Positions 35,410 to 46,748 of a DNA stretch of 60,294 nucleotides are shown here, in pieces (position 1 is the stretch's first letter; each line of letters starts with the position of its first letter). The stretch is from the NCBI GenBank assembly GCA_964201975.1, contig CAXNGW010000001.1, positions 1 through 60,294 on the forward strand. Direction: 5' to 3'. The DNA is from Longimicrobiales bacterium (GTDB lineage: Bacteria > Gemmatimonadota > Gemmatimonadetes > Longimicrobiales > Gaopeijiaceae). The position numbers were made by a program, and so were the translations under genes. The notes under the pieces are model-generated. The model did no database searches, was not told the origin of the DNA, and saw only the letters and a program-made list of their open reading frames with translations.

Positions 35410-36345
35410 TTGACCCAGCGCCGCGCGCCGGCCCGCACCGACACGCCGGGGGCCCGGTTCCTCGATCCCAAGGTGCTCGCCCGGATCGACAACCTGGACC
35501 TTCTCGCGCGCACGGTGGTGGACAGCTTCCTGCACGGGCTCCACAGCTCTCCCTACCTTGGGCTGTCCATGGAGTTCGCGGAGCACCGCGCGTATATGCC
35601 GGGAGACGACATTCGCAAGATCGACTGGCGGCTCTACGCGCGCACCGACCGCCACTACGTGAAGCAGTACGAGGCCGAGACCAACGCCAATTTCACCATC
35701 GCGTTGGACGTGTCGAGGTCGATGGCGTACGGAAGCGGCGGCATCACCAAGCTCGACTACGCGCGCTTCCTGGCCGCTTCCCTCGCGTACTTTTCGATCC
35801 GTCAGCGCGACCGCGTCGGGCTGTACGCGTTCGACACCGAAGTGGTGGAGCACGTGCGCCCGTCGGTCCGCCACCTGGACCAGGTGCTGCACGCGCTCGA
35901 GCGGGTCGTGCCGGGGCGCCCGGGCGCGCTCGGCCCGCCGCTGTTCACGGTCGCCAGCACGTTCCGCCGCAAGGGCATCGTGGCGGTGATCTCGGACTTC
36001 TACGAGTCTCCGGACGCGGTGATCGACGCGCTCAAGCCTTTGATCGGCAGCAAGCACGACGTGATCGTCTTCCACGTGCTCGATCCCGCCGAGCTCGAGT
36101 TCCCGTTCGACAAGCCGGCGAGCTTCGAGGATCTGGAGACGGGCGAGCGCTTCCCGGTGGTGCCCGAGAAGCTGCGCGAGGGTTACCGCCAGATGATGCG
36201 CGAGCACGTCGCGGAGGTGCAGCGGCGTGTGCTCGGCCAGGGGGCCGAGTACACACTGCTCGACAGCTCCCAACCCCTCGACATGGCACTCTTCCGCTAT
36301 CTGCTCGCGCGCCAGAAGACCCGCGGCAGCCGCGGAGCCGCCTGA
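35410..36345 (+). CDS. DUF58 (vWA-like) protein
   Basis: Motifs EFAEHRAYMPGDDIRKIDWRLYARTDRHYVKQYE and MIDAS-like ALDVSRSM. TTG start. Confidence 0.9.
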   Translation: MTQRRAPARTDTPGARFLDPKVLARIDNLDLLARTVVDSFLHGLHSSPYLGLSMEFAEHRAYMPGDDIRKIDWRLYARTDRHYVKQYEAETNANFTIALDVSRSMAYGSGGITKLDYARFLAASLAYFSIRQRDRVGLYAFDTEVVEHVRPSVRHLDQVLHALERVVPGRPGALGPPLFTVASTFRRKGIVAVISDFYESPDAVIDALKPLIGSKHDVIVFHVLDPAELEFPFDKPASFEDLETGERFPVVPEKLREGYRQMMREHVAEVQRRVLGQGAEYTLLDSSQPLDMALFRYLLARQKTRGSRGAA

Positions 36346-36347
36346 CC

Positions 36348-38456
36348 ATGCCACTCGGATTTCTCGTTCCGCTCTTCCTCGCCGGCCTCGCGGCGATCGC
36401 GATCCCGATCTGGATCCACCTGACGCGCAAGCAGCGCAGCCTGGTGATCGAGTTCCCCTCGCTCATGTTCCTGCGCCAGATCCCGTTCAAGGAGGATCGC
36501 CGCCGGACCATCCATCACTGGCTGCTGCTGGCGCTGCGCGCGCTCGTCATCCTGCTGCTGGTGGCGGCGTTCGCGCGCCCGTTCTTCCAGGGCAACGCTG
36601 CGCTCGCGGTGTCCGGGACGGGCCCCCGCGAGATCGTCGTCCTGCTCGACCGCTCCTACAGCATGGCGACCACGGGACGCTGGGACGCGGCGATCACCGC
36701 CGCGCGGCAGGCGATCAGCGGCTTGGGGCCGCTCGACAAGGTGAGCCTGCTCGTCTTCGATCAGGGAGCCGAGTCGGTGGTGCGCTCGGAAAACGATCCG
36801 GGGCGGCTGCGCGCCGCGATCGACACCCTCCAGCCCGGGTGGGGATCGACCCGGTTTGGGCCTGGCCTCAAGCTGGCTCAGACCATCCTCGAGGAGTCCG
36901 CGCTGCCGGTCCGCGAGCTGGTGATGGTGAGCGACTTCCAGCGGCGGGGCTGGACGGGTGAGGAGGGCGTGCGGCTGCCGGCGGGCACCCGCGTCCGCAC
37001 GATGCCCGTGTCGGGGGGCGGCGCCAACGTCGCGGTCGCCGACGTTGTGCTCCGGCGCGACCGCTTCTCCGGCCGCGAGCGAGTGGCCCCGAGCGCGCGC
37101 CTCGTACGCACCGGCGGCGACGCCGAGGCCGAGGTGGCTGTCGTGCTCGAGGTGGAGGGACGCGAAATCCAGCGCCGCACCGCGACGCTGCCCGCGTCCG
37201 GCGCCGCGACCGTAGACTTCAGCCCCGTGCCGGTGGCCGAGCGGCACACGCGCGGAACCGTGCGAGTCGCAGGGGACGTGCTCTCCCGCGACGACGCCCG
37301 CCATTTCGTCGTCTCCCCCGGCAGCGCGCAGCGCGTGCGGGTCTACACGCGGCCGGGTGCGGCCGGCGAGGCGTCGCTCTTCCTGAGCCACGCGCTGAGC
37401 ATCTCGGACGAGAGCAGGTTCGCCGTGGAGGTCCGCCCGCTCGGCGCCGGCGCGACCGACGGGCTCGCAACCGGACAGGTGGCGGTGCTGACCGACGTGC
37501 CCTTCCCGCTGGGCACCACCGGGAGCCAATTGCGGCGGTTCGTCGAGGGCGGCGGCGGTCTGCTCGTAGTGGCCGGACAGTCGTCCGCGTGGGGCGACGA
37601 TGTGGACAGCTGGATGGGCGTCCGCATCGCCGAGCCGGTGGACCGCCTGGACGGGGGCGGCGGACGCATCGGGTGGGTGGACTACGACCATCCGATCTTC
37701 CAGCTCTTCAAGGGACCGCGCAGCGGCGACTTCACCAGCCCGCGCTTCTTCCGCTACCGCGCGCTCGTCCCGCTCGACGGAGCCGGCGTGCTCGCCCGCT
37801 TCGACGACGGCTCGCCGGCACTCATCGAGCGGCGGATCGGCCAGGGACGCGTGCTGGTGTGGGCGTCCACGCTGGACTCGTTCTGGAACGACCTGGCTGT
37901 GCAGCCCATCTTTCTCCCGTTCGTCCATCAGATGACGCGGTACGCGTCTGGGCGGGGCGAGACCCTGCCCTGGTTCACGGCCGGCCAGGTTCTGGACGTC
38001 TCAGACGTGCGGGCGATGGCCACCGCCGGGCTCCTCCAGGGTACGGAGGAAGGCCTGGATCTGGAGGGGGAGCGGGTGGTAATCGACCCGACCGGGGCGT
38101 CGGTCCGGTTGCCCGGCGGCGCGGGACCCCATTATCTGGTCCTGGAGGACGCCGGCTTCTATACCATGCGTCCTCCCGGCACCGACCAGGACCGCCCTCT
38201 CGCGGTGGCGGTCAACGTGGACCTGGCCGAGTCGGATCCGGCGACTATGGACGGGGAGGAGGTCGCGGCGGCCCTGTCGGCAACTGTGGCTGAGGGGGAC
38301 GGCACCGGAGGGACGGGGGGTGCGGTAGATCTCCAACGCACGGACATAGAGAGGCGGCAATCTCTTTGGCGGCTGCTCCTGGTCGCGGTGCTGGCGCTGC
38401 TGGCGGCGGAAACGGTGATGGCGAACAAGAGGTCCACGGCGGTCGCCACGAGCTAG
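36348..38456 (+). CDS. BatA-type N-terminal double-TM vWA protein
   Basis: N-terminus MPLGFLVPLFLAGLAAIAIPIWIHL.RKQ....FPSLMFL. MIDAS-like VVLLDRSYSM. C-terminal TM helix. Confidence 0.85.
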   Translation: MPLGFLVPLFLAGLAAIAIPIWIHLTRKQRSLVIEFPSLMFLRQIPFKEDRRRTIHHWLLLALRALVILLLVAAFARPFFQGNAALAVSGTGPREIVVLLDRSYSMATTGRWDAAITAARQAISGLGPLDKVSLLVFDQGAESVVRSENDPGRLRAAIDTLQPGWGSTRFGPGLKLAQTILEESALPVRELVMVSDFQRRGWTGEEGVRLPAGTRVRTMPVSGGGANVAVADVVLRRDRFSGRERVAPSARLVRTGGDAEAEVAVVLEVEGREIQRRTATLPASGAATVDFSPVPVAERHTRGTVRVAGDVLSRDDARHFVVSPGSAQRVRVYTRPGAAGEASLFLSHALSISDESRFAVEVRPLGAGATDGLATGQVAVLTDVPFPLGTTGSQLRRFVEGGGGLLVVAGQSSAWGDDVDSWMGVRIAEPVDRLDGGGGRIGWVDYDHPIFQLFKGPRSGDFTSPRFFRYRALVPLDGAGVLARFDDGSPALIERRIGQGRVLVWASTLDSFWNDLAVQPIFLPFVHQMTRYASGRGETLPWFTAGQVLDVSDVRAMATAGLLQGTEEGLDLEGERVVIDPTGASVRLPGGAGPHYLVLEDAGFYTMRPPGTDQDRPLAVAVNVDLAESDPATMDGEEVAAALSATVAEGDGTGGTGGAVDLQRTDIERRQSLWRLLLVAVLALLAAETVMANKRSTAVATS

Positions 38457-38511
38457 AGACACCGCTGCACCGCGGAAGAGAGGCGCGGCCGAGCCACTCC
38501 GAGGAGGCACC

Positions 38512-41500
38512 ATGGACACACGGCAGGTGAGCGATCGGGAGCGGGTGCGGGAGATCCTGGGGAGCGTGCGCAGCCGCTGGCGCTTGCGGGTCGCCCTGCG
38601 CGGCGTCGCGATCGTGCTGGGCGCCGGGATAGCGCTGTTCCTGGTGTCGGCGTTCGGTCTGAGCGCGCTTCGCTTCTCCGCCGCGGCGGTGATCGGCTTC
38701 CGCTTGCTGTCGTGGATCGCGGTCGGCACGCTGGCCTGGCTCCACCTCGTCCGTCCGCTCCGGTCGGCCCCCAGCGACGAGCGCGTCGCGCTCTACATCG
38801 AGGAGCACGAGCCTTCTCTCGAGGCCACCCTCCTCGCCGTCGTCGAGGCCGAGCGCTCCGGCGCCGAGTTCTCTCCCAGCCTGGTGCGCGGCATCGTGCG
38901 CACCGCCGTCGAGCGCGCCGGTGCGGTGGGCGACGGGCGCCGCATCGACCAGGAGCGCCTGCAGCGGACCGGCGGCATCCTCGCCGCGGTCGCGGTGACG
39001 ACCGTCGTGCTGCTGCTGCTCTCCCCGGCTGGAATCAGGCAGGGGCTGTCGGCGCTGCTCAATCCGACCGCGAGCCCGAGCGCGGTCAACCCGTACTCGA
39101 TCACGGTGAGCCCCGGCGATGCGGTGGTCGCGCGCGGCTCCGACCAGCTCGTCACCGCCGCGCTGGGCGGGTTCAACGCCGCCGAAGCGACGCTGTTCAC
39201 GCGGACGAACGAGGGCGAGCCGTTCGAGCGGCTCACCATGCTCCCCGGCACCACCGACGGCGCATTCGAACTGATGCTGCTCAACCTCGCCGACGGCGCG
39301 GATTACTTCGTGGAGGCCGACGGCACCCGCTCGCCGGTGTTCCACCTGGAGGTCGCCGACCTCCCGTACGTGGACCGCCTGGAGCAGACGCTGCGCTTCC
39401 CCGCATACACGGGGCTGCCCGACCGCATCGTCGAGGACGGCGGCGACGTGGCCGCTCTCGACGGCACCAGGGTGACGCTCCGCATCCATCCGACCATCGC
39501 CACCCGGTCGGGCCGACTGCTCGTCGAAGGGCAACAGCCGGTCGCGCTGACGTCGGTCGGAGACAGCGTTCTCACCGGCGTCTTCACGGTGGCGGGCGAC
39601 GGCTTCTACCGGATCGAGCTGGACGCGCCGGACGGACGCCCGGTCGAAGCGTCGCCCCGCTACACGATCGACGCGCTGGAAAATCAGCCGCCGCAGGTGC
39701 GCGTGGTGAAGCCGGGCAGAGACGGCAACGCCAGCCCGCTCGAGGAGGTGTACTTCGAGGCCGAGGCGCTGGACGACTACGGCGTCTCGGAGCTGAGCCT
39801 GGTCTACTCCGTGAACGGCGGCGACCCCAAGACCGTGCGGGTCTTCGACGGCGGCGCTGCCCCGCTCGCCGAGGCGTCGGCGGGACATACCCTCTACCTC
39901 GAGGAGCTCGGCCTGCAGGCGGGAGACCTCGTCACCTACTGGGCGACGGCGCGCGACACCCACGGCGCCGGCGCGGGCCAGGAGGTCACCAGCGACATCT
40001 ACTTCCTCACCATCCGCGCCCTGGGCAGCGAGTACCGCGAGGCGGAGGGGGGTGGCGGTGGCGGGGGCGGCGGCGGCATGGGGGGGCCGGAGAGCTCGCT
40101 CTCCGAGCTCCAGAAGCAGGTGATCGCCGCCACCTTCAATCTCGACCGCGACCGCGCGCGCCACACCGAGGCAGACTTCGCCGAGAACGTGGTCAGCGTG
40201 CGCCTGGCGCAGGAACAGGTCCGCGCCCAGGTCGAGACGCTGGTGGAACGGATGGTGAACCGCGGTCTGTCGGGGGCCGACGAGCAGTTCAAGAACATCG
40301 CGGCCATGCTGCCCGAGGCGGTGGCGGAGATGGAAGCCGCGGAGGCTTCGCTCGCGAAGGCGGACGCGAAGGGCGCCCTCCCACACGAGCAGAAGGCGCT
40401 CCAGCACGTGCAGCGCGCCGAGGAGACGTACGAGAAATACGTGACGCTCCAGCAGCAGCAGGGCGGTGGCGGCGGGGGGAGAGGCGGCGGCGCCAACGCG
40501 GAGGACTTGGCCGACCTGTTCGAGCTTGAGCTCGACAAGCTGCGCAACCAGTACGAAACCGTGCAGCGCGGCGAACGCCAGCAGCAGGACAACCAGGTGG
40601 ACGCCGTGTTGGAGAAGCTACAAGAGCTCGCCCGCCGCCAGCAGCAGGCGGCCGAGCGGCGCCGACTGGAGGCCCAAGGCGGCTCACGCGGCGCCGAGGA
40701 CCAGCGCGCGCTGGCCGACCAGACCGAGGTGGTGGCGCGCCAGCTCGAGAAGCTCGCGCGCGAAACGCGCGACGAGCAGCTGGCCGAGACCGCGCGCAAC
40801 CTCCAGGACGTCGCCGACCAGATGCGCCGCTCGGCGGCGCAGGGCGGGAGCGCCGGAGCCGCGGGCGCGGCGGCCGCTGCGGACCGGCTGGCCGACGAGC
40901 AGCGCCGGCTCCAGCAGGAGCGGCAGGAGCGGCTCGGCGAGGACATGGCGAGCGCGCAGCAGCGCGCCCAGCGGCTGGTGGAGGAGCAGAGCCAGGTGCG
41001 GCAGCAGGTGCGCGGGCTGGCCGGCCGCGCGGGTCGAGACATCGAGCAGCAGCGCGCTCAGATCAACGAGCGCAAGGACCGCATGTTCGCAGAGGTCGAG
41101 GACCTGCGCGAGCAGCTCCAGCGGATGAGCGCGGAGTCCACGCGCGAGGGCGACGCCGACGCCGCGCAGAAACTCGCGGGAGCGGCCGACGAGATCGAGG
41201 AGCGGAAGATCCGCGAGAAGATCGCGTACTCGAAGCGTGTCGTTGAGCAGCGAACCAACGCCGACGCCACCGCGTTCGAGGCTCAGATCGCCATGGACCT
41301 GGATGAGCTCCGGAAACAGATCGACGACGCGAGCGAGGCGATGGACGGTGGCGAGCCCAAGCCGATGGAGGAGGCGCTCGACCGGGCGCGCCGCCTGGCG
41401 CGAGGCACCGAGACGCTCGGGCGCCGGCTGGAGCAGGGCCAGCAAGGTCAGGAGGGTCAGCAGGGCGGTGCGGGCGAGCGACTGGACCCCAACGCCCAGG

Positions 41501-41934
41501 GAGGCGATCCCTCCTCCGACCCGCGTGGCGGAACGGGCGGTGGGGCTACGCGCGGCGACCCGCGCACGCGCGCGCTGACGCCCAGCGAGATCCGCGACTT
41601 CCGCCAGGAGTTCCAGCAGCGTCTGGGCGATGCGGAGGCGATGGGGCGCGACCTGCAACGGGCCGGGGTGGACGCGGCCGAGCTGACCGAAGTCATGGAT
41701 GCCCTGGAGCAGCTCACTGCCGCGCGCCCGTACAGCGACCTGCCGGAGCTCGCGCAGCTCCAGAGCAGCCTTCAGGAGAACCTGCAGCGGCTGGAGTTCA
41801 GACTGCGCCGCGAGGTGGAGGGGGACGGGTCGGACCGGGCCGTGCTGAACGGCTCGGACGAGGTGCCCGAGGGATTCAGGGGCTTGGTGGAGGAATACTT
41901 CCGGGCGCTCTCCCGCGCGGGCGGGGGGCGCTGA
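38512..41934 (+). CDS. 1140-aa membrane-anchored low-complexity/coiled-coil protein (DUF4175-like by architecture)
   Basis: N-terminal TM helices, a beta-rich middle, Gly runs (GGGGGGGGGMGG, QQQQGGGGGGRGGG), and a ~550-aa Gln/Arg/Glu/Ala-rich tail. Last gene of the operon. Confidence 0.7.
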   Translation: MDTRQVSDRERVREILGSVRSRWRLRVALRGVAIVLGAGIALFLVSAFGLSALRFSAAAVIGFRLLSWIAVGTLAWLHLVRPLRSAPSDERVALYIEEHEPSLEATLLAVVEAERSGAEFSPSLVRGIVRTAVERAGAVGDGRRIDQERLQRTGGILAAVAVTTVVLLLLSPAGIRQGLSALLNPTASPSAVNPYSITVSPGDAVVARGSDQLVTAALGGFNAAEATLFTRTNEGEPFERLTMLPGTTDGAFELMLLNLADGADYFVEADGTRSPVFHLEVADLPYVDRLEQTLRFPAYTGLPDRIVEDGGDVAALDGTRVTLRIHPTIATRSGRLLVEGQQPVALTSVGDSVLTGVFTVAGDGFYRIELDAPDGRPVEASPRYTIDALENQPPQVRVVKPGRDGNASPLEEVYFEAEALDDYGVSELSLVYSVNGGDPKTVRVFDGGAAPLAEASAGHTLYLEELGLQAGDLVTYWATARDTHGAGAGQEVTSDIYFLTIRALGSEYREAEGGGGGGGGGGMGGPESSLSELQKQVIAATFNLDRDRARHTEADFAENVVSVRLAQEQVRAQVETLVERMVNRGLSGADEQFKNIAAMLPEAVAEMEAAEASLAKADAKGALPHEQKALQHVQRAEETYEKYVTLQQQQGGGGGGRGGGANAEDLADLFELELDKLRNQYETVQRGERQQQDNQVDAVLEKLQELARRQQQAAERRRLEAQGGSRGAEDQRALADQTEVVARQLEKLARETRDEQLAETARNLQDVADQMRRSAAQGGSAGAAGAAAAADRLADEQRRLQQERQERLGEDMASAQQRAQRLVEEQSQVRQQVRGLAGRAGRDIEQQRAQINERKDRMFAEVEDLREQLQRMSAESTREGDADAAQKLAGAADEIEERKIREKIAYSKRVVEQRTNADATAFEAQIAMDLDELRKQIDDASEAMDGGEPKPMEEALDRARRLARGTETLGRRLEQGQQGQEGQQGGAGERLDPNAQGGDPSSDPRGGTGGGATRGDPRTRALTPSEIRDFRQEFQQRLGDAEAMGRDLQRAGVDAAELTEVMDALEQLTAARPYSDLPELAQLQSSLQENLQRLEFRLRREVEGDGSDRAVLNGSDEVPEGFRGLVEEYFRALSRAGGGR

Positions 41935-41938
41935 CGGG

Positions 41939-42361
41939 TCAGGCCGAGAGCGCCTGCCGCACGGCGTCGGTGAGTCCGTCGAGGCTGAAGGGCTTGTCGA
42001 GGAAGCCCACCTCGGCCACGCGCACCCCCCGCAGGATCACCTCATCCTCCGTGTACGCGGACATGTACAGCAGGCGGGTCTCGGGCCGCTCTACGGCGAG
42101 CCGCTCGCCCAGCTCACGACCGTTCATTCCCGGGATCACCACGTCGGTGAGCAGGAGGTCGAGCCGTCCCGCGTGCGTGCGCGCGCGCGACCTCGAGGGC
42201 CTCGACTCCCTCTCCCGCCTGCAGCACCGGTAGCCCACCCGCTGGAGCACGCGCGCGGCGACCTTACCCACCGCGTCATCGTCGTCCACGACCAGGATGA
42301 CCGGACCCGTGGGATCGTCCACGCTCGGCCCTGGGGGCGCGGGATGGGGCTGCTGTTCCAC
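41939..42361 (-). CDS. single-domain response regulator (receiver) with an aberrant internal segment
   Basis: GTG 42361 with GGAGG 7 nt upstream. Motifs VVDDDD, LLLTDVVIPGMNG, FLDKPF. Residues CCRRERESRPSRSRARTHAG (42165..42229) replace the expected helix 2. Confidence 0.8.
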   Translation of the reverse strand: MEQQPHPAPPGPSVDDPTGPVILVVDDDDAVGKVAARVLQRVGYRCCRRERESRPSRSRARTHAGRLDLLLTDVVIPGMNGRELGERLAVERPETRLLYMSAYTEDEVILRGVRVAEVGFLDKPFSLDGLTDAVRQALSA

Positions 42362-42434
42362 TCGGATCCTCCGGTGTGGGATCTCCCCAAGCTAACTCGC
42401 TGTCCGTGCGGTGTCTCCGCCCGCATGTCTTTTT

Positions 42435-42716
42435 TCATCTCTCGATCAACGGCTCGTACTCCGGATGTCTGCGCACGACGGTGCCGACGAACCAGCAGGT
42501 CGGGATCACCTTCAGCCCCTCAGCGCGAGCCCAGTCGAGCGCCCCGCGCACGAGTTGCTCCCCTACCCCGCGGCCGCGCAGCGTGGGGTGGACGTAGGTG
42601 CTCAGGAAATCCACCACTCCCGCCTGCGACCGCGTGTAGATCAGGTGGCTCTCCCGCTCCTCGGTCTGGGCTACGAAACGCTTTCGCTTGGGATCGTGCG
42701 TCACCTCGGCTTCCAC
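42435..42716 (-). CDS. small GNAT-like N-acetyltransferase (YjdJ type)
   Basis: GTG 42716 with AGGAGGAGG upstream. Motifs FLSTYVHPTLRGRGVGEQLV and VIPTCWFV...RRHPEY. Confidence 0.7.
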   Translation of the reverse strand: MEAEVTHDPKRKRFVAQTEERESHLIYTRSQAGVVDFLSTYVHPTLRGRGVGEQLVRGALDWARAEGLKVIPTCWFVGTVVRRHPEYEPLIER

Positions 42717-42871
42717 TTGCAGCCTCCTCCTCGCTCTTGTCTCCCCCAATTCCACGGAATGGTGCAAGTGCCGTGCGGAAGAGTCCAGGGATCCAGCGGG
42801 GACCGAGCTTGGTACGCGTCCTGCGGACGGCGGAGCATCCCTCGTCCGTCCCCCCGCCATCTGGGAGGCCC

Positions 42872-43555
42872 GTGCGTCGCAGCCTGCTCGCCCCGGTCCT
42901 GACCTGCCTCCTCGCGCCCTGGGCGGCGGGGTGCGGCAGCGACGCCGCAGATCGTGCAGGTTTGCCGCCCACCGCCGACGAGCGGCTAGCGGTCTGGGCG
43001 ACCCTCCCCGAGGGCACCTCGGTGCCCGTGGCCCTCGGGTTCGGGAGGGCGCTCTCGGACTCCGTGGTGGTGGCGCTGCTCGAGCGCCACGGACTTCGCC
43101 CCTACGCGGTCTATCTGACCGCCGCCGATGTCGCGGGATCCCACCGGCGTGAGCGCAGCCGCGCGTCGATCGAGCTGCTGGGGGAGGCGCGCGAGCAGAC
43201 GATCGCCCAGCTGCGCACTTCGATGTGCGCGCAAAAAGGACGCGCGCGCGCGTTGCTGGCCGAGACGGGAGGGGGAGCGGACCCGATCCCCCTCTACCGG
43301 GAGGTCTTGTCGCGCTTCCTGCTCATCCAGAAGACGCTGCCCGAGCTGGAGACGGGAGCCCCGCTGGTGTATGGGGTCGAACGTGATCGTGCCCCAGCCC
43401 CCGTCGCCGGCGGGAGGCCCCGCACCCCTGGATCCCGTGATCGCGGCGCTGGCCCCGGACGGGGTGAGTGCGAGCATGGCCCAACTGGCGGAGAACGGGA
43501 TGGGATCGTGCGACGACGCCACTCGGCCGGACGAGGAGCCCGGCCGCTGACCTGA
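42872..43555 (+). CDS. lipoprotein, hypothetical; probable frameshift near 43371..43385
   Basis: GTG 42872 after GGGAGG. Lipobox LLAPWAAGC. After ...APLVYGVE the GC3-rich coding signal moves to the frame ending at 43550 (NVIVPQPPSPAGGPAPLDPVIAALAPDG...). Confidence 0.55.
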   Translation: MRRSLLAPVLTCLLAPWAAGCGSDAADRAGLPPTADERLAVWATLPEGTSVPVALGFGRALSDSVVVALLERHGLRPYAVYLTAADVAGSHRRERSRASIELLGEAREQTIAQLRTSMCAQKGRARALLAETGGGADPIPLYREVLSRFLLIQKTLPELETGAPLVYGVERDRAPAPVAGGRPRTPGSRDRGAGPGRGECEHGPTGGERDGIVRRRHSAGRGARPLT

Positions 43556-43593
43556 ATCCCGCGGGGCGCCATCACCCATCCGCCGGGCGGACG

Positions 43594-44698
43594 CTAGCGG
43601 GTGACCTTGAGCGTCTGGCCCGCGTGGATGCGATCGTTGCGGAGCCCATTGAGCGTGCGCAGCTGCCTGACGCTCATGCCGTGCCGCTGCGCGATCGCGC
43701 TCAGGTTATCGCCGCTACGAACGCGGTAGGCCGCGTTGTGCGTGATGCCTCTGGTGACCGGGGCGGTCTTCCCGGCGAACCGCATCCAGTTGTCCTGGAA
43801 CGAGGCACTGGCGCCGGTGGGCAGGCGGACGGCGACGCGGCGATTGCCGGGCGTCTTGCCGCTCTTCAGGTACGGGTTGAGCAGCCTTACCTCGTCCACG
43901 TCCACCTCAGCGGCGCGCGCGATCTGATCAAACGTCATGGAGGCGTCGGTGACGACCTCCTCGTATGTGACGGGCTCCTCGGGAGACACGTCGCCGAAGC
44001 CATAGCGCGCGGGCTCTTTGGTGATGCGGGCGGCCGCGATCATGAGCGGAACGTAATCCCGCGTCTCCTGGGGCAGACGGTTCCAGATGCGGTAGTAGGC
44101 GCCTTCCCCGAACGCCTTCTCGGTGCCGAACTCCTCGCGCATGATGCGCGCGACCCGGTTCTCGCCGGTGTTGTACGCGGCGGCGGCGAGGTACCACGAG
44201 TCGAACCGGTCGTGCAGCTCCTGAAGGTAGTCCAGCGCCGCCTCGGTCGACCGCTCCGGGTGGTTCCGCTCGTCCACGTAGCCGTCGATGGTGAGGCCGT
44301 AGCGGCGGCCGGTCTCGGAGATGAACTGCCAGAGCCCCGACGCCGCCGCGGGCGAGTACGCGCGCGGCTGGAAGCCCGACTCGATCATGGAGAGGAAGAG
44401 CAGGTCCTGGGGCATCCCGCGCTCGGCGAGTTGGCTCGCGATCATCTCGCGGTACCGACCCGAGCGGCGTAGGAAGCCCTCCATCTTGTCCCGCATGTCG
44501 GCATCGGTCGAGTAGCGCCCGACCCAGTAGTCGACCCGCGGCCGGAGCCACCGTTTCCGCCTCGGGACGGGCCCAGACGATGCCTCCCACCCCCACTACC
44601 CCGGCCAGACCGAAGGCCGCGAGCCAGGGGCTCCGGCGCGAAAGCAGCGCATGTAGCGTCCGGTTCCTGCTGTCCAGCTGGGCGATGTAGCGGGCCAT
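43594..44698 (-). pseudogene. MltD-like membrane-bound lytic transglycosylase with C-terminal LysM; signal-anchor separated by a frameshift
   Basis: ORF 43594..44496 has the SLT core (LLFLSMIESGFQPRAYSPAAASGLWQF, AAAAYNTGENRV) and LysM (YRVRSGDNLSAIAQRHGMSVRQLRTLNGL). ATG 44698 has GGAGG 8 nt upstream and encodes MARYIAQLD..PWLAAFGLAGVVGVGGIVWA in another frame. The conserved RVDYWVGRYSTDAD has no start codon in its own frame. Confidence 0.75.
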
Positions 44699-44932
44699 CG
44701 CGACACCTCCGGCGGACGGGCAAGCAGTCAAATAGGCAGTGCGAAGCAACCAGGGCCCGACGCCCGGGTCGTCCGCTCTGCGTATTGTACGACACCCGTA
44801 GGGGCACAAAGTTCCGTTTGGCCCCCCCTGAGGGCGAGTCCGGGCAGGGTCCAGCGAGGGCACGGCGCCTGTTAGATTATCCGGCTTCCGACCGGAAAAC
44901 CCGGTCGGTTCCGACCCTGCCAGCCGAGAGCC

Positions 44933-46615
<1,683 letters not shown>

Positions 46616-46748
46616 CCGGGAGAGGCCCTAACGTGCCCGGTGCGGGCGGCGTCCCGCCGCTATTGGATTGGATATCCGTCCGTTCTCCTTCAGGAAACAT
46701 CCGGCAGCACCAGCATTCGCCCCCCATGCCCATGTGCCCGCCGAGGCT

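Noticed and set aside
43371-43550. Independent 59-aa gene (MGSNVIVPQPP...) overlapping the end of the lipoprotein gene
   Set aside because: There is no RBS and it begins inside the upstream gene. The coding signal of the upstream gene stops exactly where this one starts, so a frameshift in one gene is the simpler reading. It is kept as an alternative in the findings.
44888-44908. 8-bp hairpin (ccgaccgg-aaaac-ccggtcgg) in the ettA leader as a regulatory element
   Set aside because: It is a single short stem with no alternative pairing or known motif, so there is not enough evidence to call a riboswitch or attenuator.
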